A stretch of 64,000 nucleotides of DNA from Raillietiella orientalis (taxonomy: Eukaryota): NCBI GenBank assembly GCA_036172245.1, contig JAYWIR010000065.1:434001-498000 (forward strand), read 5' to 3'. Under the pieces are notes generated by a model, which saw only the letters and a list, made by a program, of their open reading frames with translations, was not told the DNA's origin and did not search any database. Each line of letters starts with the position of its first letter. The first letter of the stretch is position 1. The position numbers and the translations under genes were made by a program. Below are positions 1-11,750 of the stretch, piece after piece.

Positions 1-199
1 TTCTCCCTGGCAACTTACGAGAGGGACTTCTTCCTTTCAGATCTCGAGCATCAAACAAACGGGAATAGACTTGCTAGCAGCAAGTAGGATGGTTTGCTCT
101 CCATCTGGAACAGCTCTTTCTTACTCTTTACTGCCGCGGCTCGAGGTGCATCTCCAATGTCCACTTCAATGTCCATTTTCACTCGAAGGTCTGAAAACA

Positions 200-1400
200 C
201 GGATTCGAAGGCACACAAGAACAAACTCTACGGACCGAACAGTCCATCGGCATTATCAAACTATCAGCAAAGGCAAATTTCAACACTGTGCACTTTGTGG
301 GGGCTGAGGCTTAAACAGTACTGAGACGTGTGTTCGATTTTCTGGATGAGATGAAAAATTTTCACGGGAAGGGAAGCGCACAAGGAGAGCCACGTGTGGC
401 GTGTAGAAAATTTGCTGACGCAGTTCGATGACGATGCAGCTTGACGAGTTTAGGGATTTCCAAAGACTGGGAAAAGCGATGGAGATGTTTTCTTCTCCAT
501 CCATTGAGACATTCACGGAGAAGCTCTTCAGTGTTTCGGTGGAAGGAGGGAGCATTAGATACGGACGGAGTAGCCACCCGATGGTTTGAACTGCAGGATA
601 AGACCGCTCGTGTGTGCCCTTACCGGGCAAAGAATCTTCTGGACAGAATACCTGCATGAGTGTCACTTACCTCTATTTTTTTAACACACCAGCTGTTAAA
701 GCATGAGTTGTTTGTGAGAAGGCGATAGCAAAGGCACCTTCCGTCATCCGAAAGCCGGCATCTGTAGGTCCCTTGACTGCAGCCTCCTCGTTTGCAAAAT
801 TTCGGCACCGGCAGCCTTTTCCGATCTTCGAACCGACTCCAGGTAAATTAGTGGGAAGCTTACCCGGCTCTCGGGGTTGCTGGAAATGAAGGAAGATTCA
901 AAGTTGATCCGAAACCCGAGCAGAGTCCTTTTACTACGCAGAGGATTGAGTTTTGAGTTTCACGTTAAGCAGCGCGGATCATGAAATGAAACGGTCAACT
1001 TGCTGCGTTAGTCTGGACCAGAAGAAAGATTCTAGCTGAGTAACAACTGGGATGGCAGCGAACAACGAAATTCCGCACAATCAGCGTGTGATAGACAGAA
1101 GAGAAATTACAACAGCAAAAGTTTGAACAGGGAGCAGTAGAAACAAGGAGCAGATTCTCATAATCTTCTTTGATGAAACATTCCTCGAGACAGAAACCCC
1201 TTGAGAATAGATGAGCTCAAACTGTCTTGTTCAGTCTGAAGTGGCTGATAAACCCAGGAATACAGCGAAATAGCCAACTTCCATGCATGGGGATTTGCCG
1301 AACACTGAAGTCATTCAACGGAGTCTCAACTCAGAGGAAGTAGCTGCAACCGGAAGTCGGGCATTTCAGAACAACAGTCAGCTCTCACGGAGGAGGAAAA
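200..1400 (+). mobile_element. Possible highly decayed L1/Tx1-like endonuclease-to-RT linker remnant
   Basis: Scattered, frameshifted motif-like pieces in the expected order: RDFQ (GDFN-like, ~451), AFSDL (SDH-like, ~815), RGCWK (GxWK-like, ~872), SLNSEEV (~1325). Weak, by eye only. Confidence 0.2.
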
Positions 1401-1623
1401 ATTCAGTTGCTGTGATAGAGGGAAAAAAAGAAAGCATACATTCCTTCAGGATCGCAAAGAATCAATGACCAGTCTTTCCTATCTCCATTATGGAGAAATG
1501 TTTGGAACTAGCTATTAGAAGTGACATAGCATTGATCTAACATTCGAAGAATCAACAAAGAATTTTTTAGCATCGTATTTGGATTGCCATTTTACTAGTT
1601 TGCTCCTCATAGCCTCAGGCTAT

Positions 1624-2420
1624 TGTGAGAGCTCATTTGCATCAGTATGCTTAGCCCGCGTCGGAGACCGTGTGGTTACGGTGGTCTCCGAGCGTGGCAC
1701 CACCATGCGTCGCGGGTTGGAATACTCCGACTGAATCGACTCAGTGCGTCGTGAGTTCGACTTTCTCCCGCGAGATGACGCTGGCTGGCCTGCATTCATC
1801 CGGGTGCAGCACTGGTAGCGGTTGGAACCGGATGCCCCAGATGAGGGCCGGGACAAATGGGAGGCCACCTCCCCGGTTCTTCCAAGAATCAAGTAGTGGG
1901 AGATCCCCTCGGTTGTGAAGGAGCGGACCTTCCATTACGGGGGGGTGCTCAGCGTCGTACTGATGGAGTAGGTGTGTCTCCACCATCTCTCCAGAGAGTT
2001 CAGAGAAGCGAGTCGATCCCATAGGGGAAGCCGCGTCCTTCTGAATTTCGGAAGCGTCCCTTCTGGATTCTCTTCAGAGGAGTAAAAACAGGAGCGGATC
2101 CCTTGCGGGGGATCCCCTCCGAAGAAGAAAATCCAGGAGCGGATCCTTCCCGGGTTCCCTTCAGAGAAGAAAGAATGGAGCGGATTCCCCCGGGGGTCCT
2201 CCAGAGAGAATAAGGAAGGAGGATTCCCTTCTGTATTCCCCTTCGGAGACAACCAGGGTGTAGGTGACCTTCATTTCCGGGGATCCCCCCCAGGCGTGAG
2301 AGGAACGGACTCCGAGTCCTTCCTGGCTTCATAGGGAGGACCCCTCCCGGGGTACCCCCTATCTTGGAGAATTACCCACCCTCGGGTGGCGTGGAACCAT
2401 GCCGAAGAACTGCGAAGACA
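1624..2420. repeat. GC-rich, hairpin-rich dispersed repeat, copy 1, with an internal ~41-45 bp tandem unit
   Basis: Unit starts GGAGCGGATC/GGAGCGGATT/GGAGGATTC at 2091, 2136, 2177 and 2218. Positions 1748-2415 align in reverse complement to ~8690-9332 (e.g. CTTCCAAGAATC; GATGACGCTGGCTGGCC vs GATGACGCTAGTTGGCC). Confidence 0.8.
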
Positions 2421-3719
2421 GAAAGGAAAAAATTTCCATCAGCATGCTTACCTCCTGAAATACTTAGCCAGAAACAAGACGCACATCAACGCGTTCCAAT
2501 TCCAGAAACAAATGCACTTATGCGGAGGTGCCACGTTTAGAATGCGATTCCCTCGACAGCGAATGAGCAAGGTGTTGATCTGATACTTGGAAATCATCTG
2601 GGAGAGGAATATTCGCTCATTGCCAGACTTCCTGCTCGTGTGGAGATAGACACAGGCATAAAAACTTCATTGCAACGCATGGGCAGTAGGTTCTGCGTTA
2701 ACATCCAACGGAGTCCGCAGCGCTCATTCGATGAGAAAATCGTAAACAGAGATTGGCGTTTCTGTAGCATAAGCATCATCATAAATTCAGGATGGTGCTA
2801 AATTTCAAGATTAGTTTGATGAAGCTGTTTTAAGGTAAGGTTTTTCGAACAAGTTGTTTTTAAGGTCCCTTTAGATTCCCGAGTGGTTTCTCAACTGCTT
2901 CTTGAGCGCAGCAATGTCTCCCGAGTTTTTCGATGGAAAAACCAACGTGGGGCCTTACCTCTTCTATATGCACAAGGTCAGATCGACTGGTCCTTCGCTT
3001 TGATTCGGAAATCAGCCCACTTCCTTCCTTAATTCATTTAGCCATTTTCATTGCCCTTTCAAGGACCGAAGAACGACCTCACGAACTTTTTGGTGTCGCT
3101 CTCCCTTTCAGATTTCCCTAAAGCCGTGCACACACACCCATGTCTTACTTAAGCGAACCCGAACCCTCTTAAGAAGAGCGTTGGTTCATGATTGAAATAA
3201 AAAGCAAGCAACCAAACGTGAGGCCTTTAATCGAAGGTAAACAGAAATTTGTTTCTTTTAAGAAGAATCAGTGAAAGAGTAATTCTGTCACCAGAAAAAT
3301 GGTATGAATGAACCGATTTAGCCTGCGAGACGCCGCTGCATTTCCTTCACGGACTGAGAAACCCTCGGTTTCAAATACAAAAGATGTCCAACGCAGATCG
3401 TTCTTGACGTGCAGTCGATTTCCATTTCGCTTCTTTCGTCAGTAAAAAAAAAAAAAAAAAAAACTACATAAATAAAACCCTGTTTTTTGTTTTTCCTGTT
3501 TTTTTTCGTTCTTTGAGTGGATGTACGCGGGTGCAAGCCGAAGAATGGCACGGAACGCAGTCCTCCGGCCTTCGGGGAAATTGGAAAATACTTTACCCGA
3601 AACGCCTTCAAGCTTGAAATTTCGAGGGTCATCTTCCGCAATCGAATCGTGTTCCACGTAAAGTGTTGGGTTCTCGCAATACGTCTGGCAGTGAATCGGC
3701 AGCAACACTGAGCACCTAT

Positions 3720-4200
3720 TGAGCACTGATTTGCTCAACGGGGGTTTCCAGGAGACTTTCCTCGAACGGGGAGGTCCCCACGAGGCACAGCGTAGTTCAC
3801 CGCATCCTCTGCGTTTGTGGTGCACTTCGTCCCCAGCGAGGAACGGAAACTTTGGAACAAGAAGACTCCATGGCTTGCGTGCGATGCTCCCGAAGAAACT
3901 CCCGAAGAAGGTTTCCCAGCAAAGTTCTTTGACAACTTCGCAGAGAGTCGCTGCTTTCGCTCACCTGAGGCAATCAAGAAATCGGATACGCTCAGCATAA
4001 TAACTCTCGATGGCAGTTTATGCTTACTGTGCAACGTGCGACAGAACCTTCTTTCCTCTTTCGCTGGAGGGAAACTTTCACTGGGCCTTTCAGCTCGAAT
4101 AGAATGTCTCTTTGAGAAGCCGTCGCAGCTCTGTGAGACGAAGGTGTTTTTGCGATTTCAGAACGAGCCGAGGCAATGATTGATGATCTAGGTTCCAAGC
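3720..4200 (+). mobile_element. Decayed non-LTR retrotransposon RT N-terminal fragment
   Basis: ORF 3817-4179 has TPEEGFPAKFFDNF (like PGPDGFxxEFY), then SIITL and KPSQLCETK (like RPISLLxxDxK). Confidence 0.4.
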
Positions 4201-4739
4201 ATGGTACCAAATTGTCATGTTTGAAGCGTCATTCTTAACGAAATCTGCAACTTTTGGTTGGCAAATCATGCAGATGACTCGGAACCCTTTTAGCAGCTCA
4301 CGCTTGCCTGTGTCTGAGGCGGCGAGCAGCGATCAAGTTGAACTTTTTTTCTCTCATCAACCAGCTAAGATGGAGTTATACGATCCTATATGACACCTTC
4401 CGTACATTTCCGTCTGTCGGTACTTCCTGCACAATTCCATTTCCTCCGTGAAGTAAGGGAGCGTGTCTATGGCACCTAAAGCCTTCTATTTGACTGTCGC
4501 TTCCCCAGAAAAATCAAGTTTCACAGCTCTAGCAGTGATCCAGTGTGCAAGAGCAGCTCACATCATCGTAGGGCATAAGTTCCGTAACCTCTCTGGATTG
4601 AGAAAACGAGAATCTTCGTTGAATCCACGGCTTCTAGTTTAAAAATTCCCTGCCAAGATGCTGCCGCTACATTTCACAAGGCTATAAAAAGACATCTCCG
4701 GTAGTTCTTTCTTGCCCGACTGTGCAAGATAGATGGTCC

Positions 4740-5100
4740 GCATTCATGAGTCTTCAGAACACTTCCTGTCCTGCTTTGGCAAGTAAAGCACACGGTGCAC
4801 AGATGTTTTCTCTACTCTGACGGAGGCATGGAAAAGCAGCCGTGGTTCTCATCTTCTTCGAAGCTCCTCGATAGTCTCAGTTGGTCAGCACGATGTTGTA
4901 TCCAAAATTGCCTGCACTTGTTCGGCAATTCATGAGCACTCCATGAGAAGACTTTCTTTATTTCGCTGCCGTTGTACTTGAAGCTCCAGAGAACTTTCCT
5001 TTCATGTCTTGCAAATCTCAGCACCAGTGCTTTAGCATTCTAACATTTCAATCCTAGCATTCGAAAATTCTCCCGGCTCGCCCTTTGTGTGCTTTGGCTG
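4740..5100 (-). mobile_element. Decayed non-LTR ORF2 C-terminal zinc-finger (zf-RVT-like) fragment
   Basis: KVFSWSAHELPNKCRQFWIQHRADQL...CFSM...KHLCTVCFTC resembles the Cx2C-H-C C-terminus of L1/Tx1 ORF2; contains a stop. Confidence 0.35.
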
Positions 5101-7441
5101 CTGTGAAATGCTACTCAGCAAGAAGAGGTTTCAGGCATCGTTGTCTGGAACAGAGTGGCACATCGGATGCTGAGAAAGTCTCTGTACGTTGAGGATCGCT
5201 TCCTCGACAGCGTAGAAGCATCCGATGTACCTCTGCATTGGGGCTACTTTCCCTGATGAACATGGATCCATCTCGTTCATCTCGTGATGATTACTGTTTG
5301 CTTTTCTCAGTGTGCAAACGAATTTCGCTGGAGTGAGTTGATGGGAGCCAGTGCTGTAGTCAGCCACAGCCACCGCTATGCATCCCTATGCATCTTATAA
5401 TCCTCCATCAGTCACCAGTCGATCTCCCACTAGAGCTGTGCTAAGCACTGCCAGATATTCTGAAAAATTCTGGGAAGAGACGTTGTATCGCTTCCAGCAA
5501 CATATTGTGCCACTCCCAGAGTCGGGGCACCTACACCTACACGCCGAGGATCAAAAAAATGAAGCACGTCAGCAGTTCATGATGAGCTTTCAACCTTTTT
5601 TGCTTTTTCTTTCCTCTTTCCTCGAAATTTCACATCTTTCAGTCCCCCTTCGGATTTTTTCTTGAAGTTGGATTACTCCTCTGAGCTGAACGATTCTTCT
5701 GAAAAGTGTTTTTCAAACTTTTCCTTTTTACGCTGCAATGCTTTCCCCCCCCCCCCCCTTCTTAAATACGAACATGTGTCAATAATATGTACTTGATATA
5801 CACATACTCCTGAAAAGTTATCTCGATAAAAAGCATCTAACGTAAACCACCCTTACCGTGCAGTGCAAACTTTTCCTCCCTGAAATATCTTCCGGAATCA
5901 AGGCTTGCATCAGCATGAACCACAAGAAGGTATCCAGAGAGTCATGCAAAACATTTATCACGCGTTTACATGGAAAACGCCGTTGATGACCGTTCCAGCA
6001 AACTTTCTACAGCCAATAGAAGAAGTTGAATTCTTTGATTTCGTTACTTTACCACTGCATCTGCTCCTTTTTCTTCCTAGTAGGGGATTATATTCAAGGA
6101 ATTTCAAACACATGCTTGCAGACAAATGCAACAGAATTCATGAAATGTAGCCGGGTTCCGATGAAATTTTCGGGACTCAGTTATTGACTCAAAATGTTAA
6201 ATGCCCAATAAGTAATGTCTTCTATCTCGCCAAAATTTCAAAATACTATTTTGATCTTCCCAAAGAATTCCTCAATACAGCATAGGAATTTGAAACTGAT
6301 TTTTTTTACCTCTCTGGAAGATGCCTTACCAAATTTGCATGATGTATTTTTATTTTTGACTGATTTTTTTTCATGAATTCCACAATTTGTCAGTTTTAAT
6401 GAATGAAAGCTGGTGAGATCGTAAAGAATTAATAATCATTTGGTCCTTTTGTGTTCATGGAACACAGTGAAGCGCACCAACAAAAGTAAAGAACAAGTAC
6501 GAATACATGTACCATAATATCCCATATTAGCAGTTCGAAAAGCCTTCCCAGTTCCCGGAAACCTGTTCTGTTCATTAGGACTCATTCCTGATAGCTTTGG
6601 ATGGTCGAACCTTGGTCTGAAGGACTTGTTTCGCTTTCCATTGGGCTTTTCTGACTCCTGAAGGAGCACATCAGGTAAACTCGAATTTATTCTTCGTTTC
6701 TGAACAGTCTGAATTTCGTCTGCATCTCTTTTCTTTAAATAACATCCCTGTCCCTTCGAGGCAATCGTACTTCGGTAATCATGTCAACTGTTACCAAAGT
6801 GTTCTTCTTGTCATCCTTATTTTTGCTGTTATTTTCCTATTGTCGTTAGTGCTTCCCCTAATTGTCATTATCATTCATTCAATAATCATTATTCCTGCAT
6901 GTTACTCTTATATTGCTACTGTGCTTTATATGTTCAAATTTCTCTCCCTCCAAATTGGCTGCAAGGCCGCATACAATTGGGCTGTGCTGATTGAGTTCCT
7001 TTACAAAGCTCACTGATATTACAGTTTATGTTGCTCGAAATCTTCCTTTTGTCATCCTCAACAAATAAAGACATACTGAATAAGTTGCATTCGAATTCGC
7101 GGACTGCTTAACCACCGCACCCATTTTCTTCCATTTGAGCATTCGAAAACGAAGTTTCTGAAGCCCTTGCATCAGGATCAGTCAGCTAGTTTTCCGGTAT
7201 TCCATCAGAGCTTCTTCCTCAGCCGTCGTTGATGATGCATGTCCAAAGCAGGAGGAAAGTGTCCGTGAAGTGATTCCAATGAGTTTGAGATCATCAAACG
7301 AGCAAGTGAATTTGCAGCTGCGACCATGTTTTGGGAGAAGCATTGCTTTTATCGTAACCGATATTTAAGAAAGAGGTAGAAGAAAGCGGTTTGGAGCACA
7401 AAGAGGTCTTGCATACGTGGCCGTTCCGTTTCTCCAGTTAA

Positions 7442-8319
7442 CCCTCTATCTGAGGCGCGATTATTGCTAGTTGAAAACCTTTACCCTCTATAGGCCGAAT
7501 TTTTTGTTCCGGCTACGAAAAAAAATATGTAACGTGAAATTTTCAAATATCAAGCTTTGAATACGAATTAATGATCGTATGAATTCAGTAGTTTCAATGA
7601 TTTCATTATAACGAACGTGCTTTGTAACTTTGGGTTTGCAACGGCGTACAACGTTTACACTTGGGCGTGTATAAAATGCTGAAGCATGGAATTCCATAAA
7701 ATAGGTTTTGCCTGGCGTTCGACATTGATGTACGTTGGATTTCCCGCGCTTCATTTCTGGCACTCCTTTGCATCCGGGATTTCTGCAGCCTCCCCTCTTA
7801 TCCGAAAAGAGTGGCCGACGCGCCATTGCATCCTTTTTTACGTTTTTGACAGGAAGTGTTGCGCTTGTTCCCCTTTTCTCCTCCTCCTTTAACTATTTAT
7901 CCACAGCGGTTGATGCACCGAATCCCACCATTACAGCTCACTGTGAGTTTCAAGTCACAAAGCTGTATCATGTGAAAATAATAACAAGATGAGTGTTTAA
8001 ATATGCAAACGAATGAGAGATCGTCGATATACAAACCAAGAGCCATTACGTAGGCTTTTTCTTGTTCGTCAAAACACCGGCAGAACAAAGAATAAAAACA
8101 ACTGCGCAGGATGGTTCATACAACTTTCATGCACAGACACCTCGCAAAAGCATTTACCTCGGTATCTCGGGTTCGAGTTTGATATCCGTTACCAAGACTG
8201 TTGTTGGTTACCAAGGAGACGTTATACAACGAGCCACCTTGCGGTGAAAAATTAAATCAATCAATAGGGTATCGATACATTAGTGTGTGAATTCAAAGTC
8301 CCATCAGGCTATAAAGGGG
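7442..8319 (-). mobile_element. Internally deleted, decayed piggyBac DNA transposon
   Basis: TTAA|CCC at 7438-7444 and GGG|TTAA at 8317-8323, with imperfect terminal inverted repeats (an alternative left end lies at 7484). Minus-strand translation RPLFSDKRGGCRNPGCKGVPEMKRGKSNVHQCRTPGKTYFMEFH matches the piggyBac C-terminal Cys-rich domain pattern; CRCFDEQEKAYV lies upstream. Confidence 0.6.
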
Positions 8320-8627
8320 TTAATAGCCTAGACTTATCAACAAAAAATTTTTATCCTTCAAAACGATCAAATCCTTTGTTTTGCTCCAAGCAGACCGGTG
8401 TCAATGATCATGAGAGCAAGGGAAAATCATTCAAGTCCTTGCAGAAGCATTTATCAGCGGCCTTCGTGGTGCGAGTCCACAATGGAATTTGCATTCGAAG
8501 ATATCACATCATGTAAGGTGAATTCTTCATTACTCGGCTCTTCTTTCGAACGGGGAAGTTCCCGGTTGATGCCTTGTTGAATCCAGATGAAAGGAAATCC
8601 GCTTGCGACTCGGAAACACAAGACAGC

Positions 8628-9332
8628 TTTTTTTCTTTTTCGGGTTTTTTGGGGGGTTTGCTAAGTACCCAAGAACCGTTCTCCTAGCGGCTCACGAAGC
8701 TCTTTAGCACTACTCCATGCCACCCGATGATGCGTGTAGTAGCCCTTCAATTTGGGAGGTATCCCCGAGAGGGGACCACCGTATGAATCCAGGAAGGACT
8801 CTGGAGGAAGAAGTCCGTACCTCTTACGCTTAGTAGGGGAACCTCTAATGGAACTCTCGCCCTGGTTGACTCTGAAGGAAATTCCGAAGGGAACCCCTTC
8901 CTTATACTCTCCAGAGGGAACTCCCGGAGAGAGCCACTCCTTAGTTCTTTTTCGAAGGAACCCGGAAAGGAACTCTCTTGGAATTTCCTTTCCGGAGGCA
9001 CCCGCAAGGGAACCGCTCTTTGTTTCCTTCTCTGAAGAGAACCCCAAAGGGAACAGCGCGCTTCTTCCACTCTGTAGAAGCAAATCCCTCCGAGTGGGGA
9101 ATCAACCGGCTCCATGGTACGCGATGGAGGATCCTCAGAGGGGAGAACGGTTTCGTTTTTGCAACCTAAGGGGGAATCCCCAAGGGAACCGACTCCTAGA
9201 TTCTTGGAAGGACCCCGGAAAGTCAACTTCTTCCGATCCCGGCCAGTCAACCATTCCGGCTTTCACCAGTGCCGCACCCGAAACCTATGGGCCAACTAGC
9301 GTCATCCTGCGGTGGGGGAAGAGTCCACGACT
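8628..9332. repeat. Hairpin-rich dispersed repeat, copy 2 (inverted relative to copy 1), with an A-rich end on the minus strand
   Basis: Homologous to 1748-2415 in reverse complement. The plus strand has serial hairpins CCCC-GAGA-GGGG, TTCC-GAAG-GGAA, CCC-GCAA-GGG and CCC-CAAA-GGG. The minus strand ends CCCCCCAAAAAACCCGAAAAAGAAAAAAAA at ~8628-8657. Confidence 0.8.
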
Positions 9333-10050
9333 TCAGGCTTCCCCACTCTAAAGTCTACTGTAGGTCGATCTTCTGGCTTTGTCAGCGCCATGACTACATC
9401 AGCCGCTACTCCTAACAATGGTATTTCGTCGAACAAGTCGTGGTTTGCCATGTCAACTCGCGCTGAGTGGTATCCGTTGCCCCCATTCACGATAGCCTTT
9501 CGAATAAGAGGCACCCGTAGTTCAGTGACTTTGTGCATCTTGTCCTCGTAATTGCCAACTGATTTCAGATACGTAAGGAGAGGACTGGGCACACAAAATT
9601 CTGTATCGATAATGGCCTTACGTATCGCTTTTGGAGTTTGGAGTTTAGAGCGCCACTTTCGCTTGTCTGACTTCCATATCTAAAAGCATTGTCCACAGTT
9701 CCAAAATATTTAACCTCCCCGACTTCGATCTTACGATCCACCTCAAGCGGGATCCAATGGGCGGACCTCCTCAGCTGTGTCTCCAGCTTTGCTAAGGTTA
9801 GCCTTGAATCCCTTGCGCGGGTTAACTTCTGTTAACCCGCGCAACTACGAGCTGAAGATTGCCTCATCTAAGATAGAGGCGTTCCTCTGCGGTGTCGGAT
9901 TGGCATTCAAAGCTAAGAACCGTGGAAGAATGACAAAAGGTGTCTTCGGGGCAAACCGATTAGGTTGGCGACGAACTTTTGTTTCCATTTGCGCTGAAGC
10001 CGAATTCCCCGCTCTCCTTTGGTCTCTGCGTCCTTTTCTACATCGACTTT
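9333..10050 (-). pseudogene. Endogenous viral element: partiti-like virus capsid protein fragment (stops and frameshifts)
   Basis: The minus strand gives, in order: basic N-terminus RKGRRDQRR; PTPQRNASILDEAIFSS*LRGLTEVNPRKGF; EVDRKIEVGEVKYF; LWTMLLD..QAKVAL; KAIRKAIIDTEFCVPSPLLTYLKSVGNYEDKMHKVTELRVP..GGNGYHSARVDMANHDLFDEIPLLGVAADVVMAL. From recall this series matches arthropod-associated partiti-like capsids; not searched. Confidence 0.7.
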
Positions 10051-10439
10051 GCTTCTTGAGGTTTGTGGTTATTTATTTCTTGTCAGACCGCCACCACTTT
10101 ACTCACAGAACACAGCGATCCTTTATTTCATCCGGCCACGTCGGGGAGTTTATTGTAGAAAAATATTTACAAAAAAAAAACAGTCATATAAAATATAAAA
10201 TGTTTTTCCTCGTAGTGGCTTCACATCACCACTGTGAAGGAAAATGCCTCGGAGGAGCTGCTTCTCCTGAGCAGCTTAGCGATCAGATCCGCACAGGAGA
10301 AGTAGGGAAGAGATGAACAAAAACAAAAAAAAAGCGCAATAGCTCGATTTCAGCGTATGTTGGAGGGGGAAGGGAAGGGAGCACAGATTATGTCCTGGAT
10401 GCGTCCTCGGCCTCCTCTGGAGGATGTTAGCAACTTCCT

Positions 10440-11750
10440 CCTTTTTTTTTTTTTTTTCCTTCCTCCTTTTGTTGGCCTAGATGTGGCCATCTTGTCTCCT
10501 TCCTCACGAAGGAGCAGACGATTGCGATGACCTTACCGTTCGACTGACGTCTTTCGGCGTAGCTTTCAGCCGCCACAATCCCACGGAGGCAGCACGGAGC
10601 TGCAAGGGAAGCTGCAGGCGACATCGGCGACATACGCGGCACGCGCGTAAAGAGGCACCGCAAAACCTCTCTGCCGTTGCCCATAGGAAGTGGGAGGGCT
10701 GCAGCGAACGTTCTTTGACACTCAAAAGAGCAACACAGGTGCGGGAATGTTTTTCTCCACACCTGGCACAGTCTGGCACTGCACTCCCTCTTGTCTCTGG
10801 TAAGCTCGTGCCTTCCATGGGATCTCCCAGTGCAACAACCTCAATGCCGAGTTCCTCCCACTTCAGGGGAAGAGTGCAATTGTCCACAAATACTGGGAGT
10901 ATATCTGCCTCCTCAGGAGGAATGTCCAGGAGTTCCACCCGGCGGCGAATTCCTTTGGAGGGGCGTCAAGCCTTTACATGTATTCGAACCCGTGACGGTT
11001 GGTACCACGCGTGGAGACCGCAGCCACACGGCCTCCCACGCGGGCACATATCGGAGGAACTGTCTCGGGGGACACATGTATGCGTCCAAATAAATCTACC
11101 TTTGTGTGCTTCTTTCTGATACCAGTTCGCTTCACATCAGTTTTCTTTCCACGAAAGAGTCTTGTTTGATTTCAGATCTTCATGTTATTCCTGAAAAGCG
11201 ATTCCTTGATTCCGTTCCCTTCCACGCAAATCCCCTTTTCATGTTGAAAAATCTGCTCGACTAGGAAACCGTGATCCGCCCTTTCATCCCAATTCAGTTT
11301 AAATGCGAGACGAAACCCGTTGAGGACCAATGATGCTTGCTGCGGTGCAAATCTTTCTTTGGTTTCTGCCAATCTGAACTGCGAGCATGATTTCGAAGCT
11401 TTGATCTCCTCAATCAACACGAACAACTTTCTCGATGCTCTGCAAGACTCTGCAAGACAGGGCTCTCTTTTTCATCTTTGAGGATCATCTCTAGACCTAT
11501 GAGAAGTTAAAAGCACCTTTTACTAGTGAATTTTGATGAAGCCGTATTGGAGCGTGGTGTGCGAGATGCAACTCCACACAGACTCTTCGCTTTCCCGCAA
11601 AGGAAACCCCGGAGTCTAATTTCAGTCCATAAATGCCCTTGCAAACGATCGTTTCTTCGGGAAACGTAATTCTCCTCCCAAGTGTAATAATTCCGTACAC
11701 TTCTCTAGGATAAGTTTCACGACGCGCGTTTTTGATCTGCATTGAGATTC
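10440..11750 (-). mobile_element. Decayed non-LTR retrotransposon pieces (ORF2 linker and zf-RVT-like end) with a poly(A) run
   Basis: LPETRGSAVPDCARCGEKH (10504-10938); GFRLAFKLNWDERADHGF (11172-11426, like the EN-RT linker); A16 run on the minus strand at 10442-10457. Confidence 0.4.

Noticed and set aside
1950..2010. Hammerhead ribozyme or retrozyme in the repeat
   Set aside because: CTGATGG is not a CUGAnGA core and no paired GAAA follows. The CTGATGA sites I checked elsewhere (28460, 41284) also lack it.
1935..2332. CRISPR-like array or protein-coding repeat ORFs (also 8661-9351)
   Set aside because: Units are degenerate over their whole length with no constant repeat and unique spacer, there are no cas genes and the context is eukaryotic. 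The ORFs arise from GC-rich repeats and are frameshifted between copies.
1624..2420. Solo LTR (starts TGTG, could end CA at 2420)
   Set aside because: The flanks (GCTAT vs GAAAG) give no TSD, and the second copy extends past this end into an A-rich tract.
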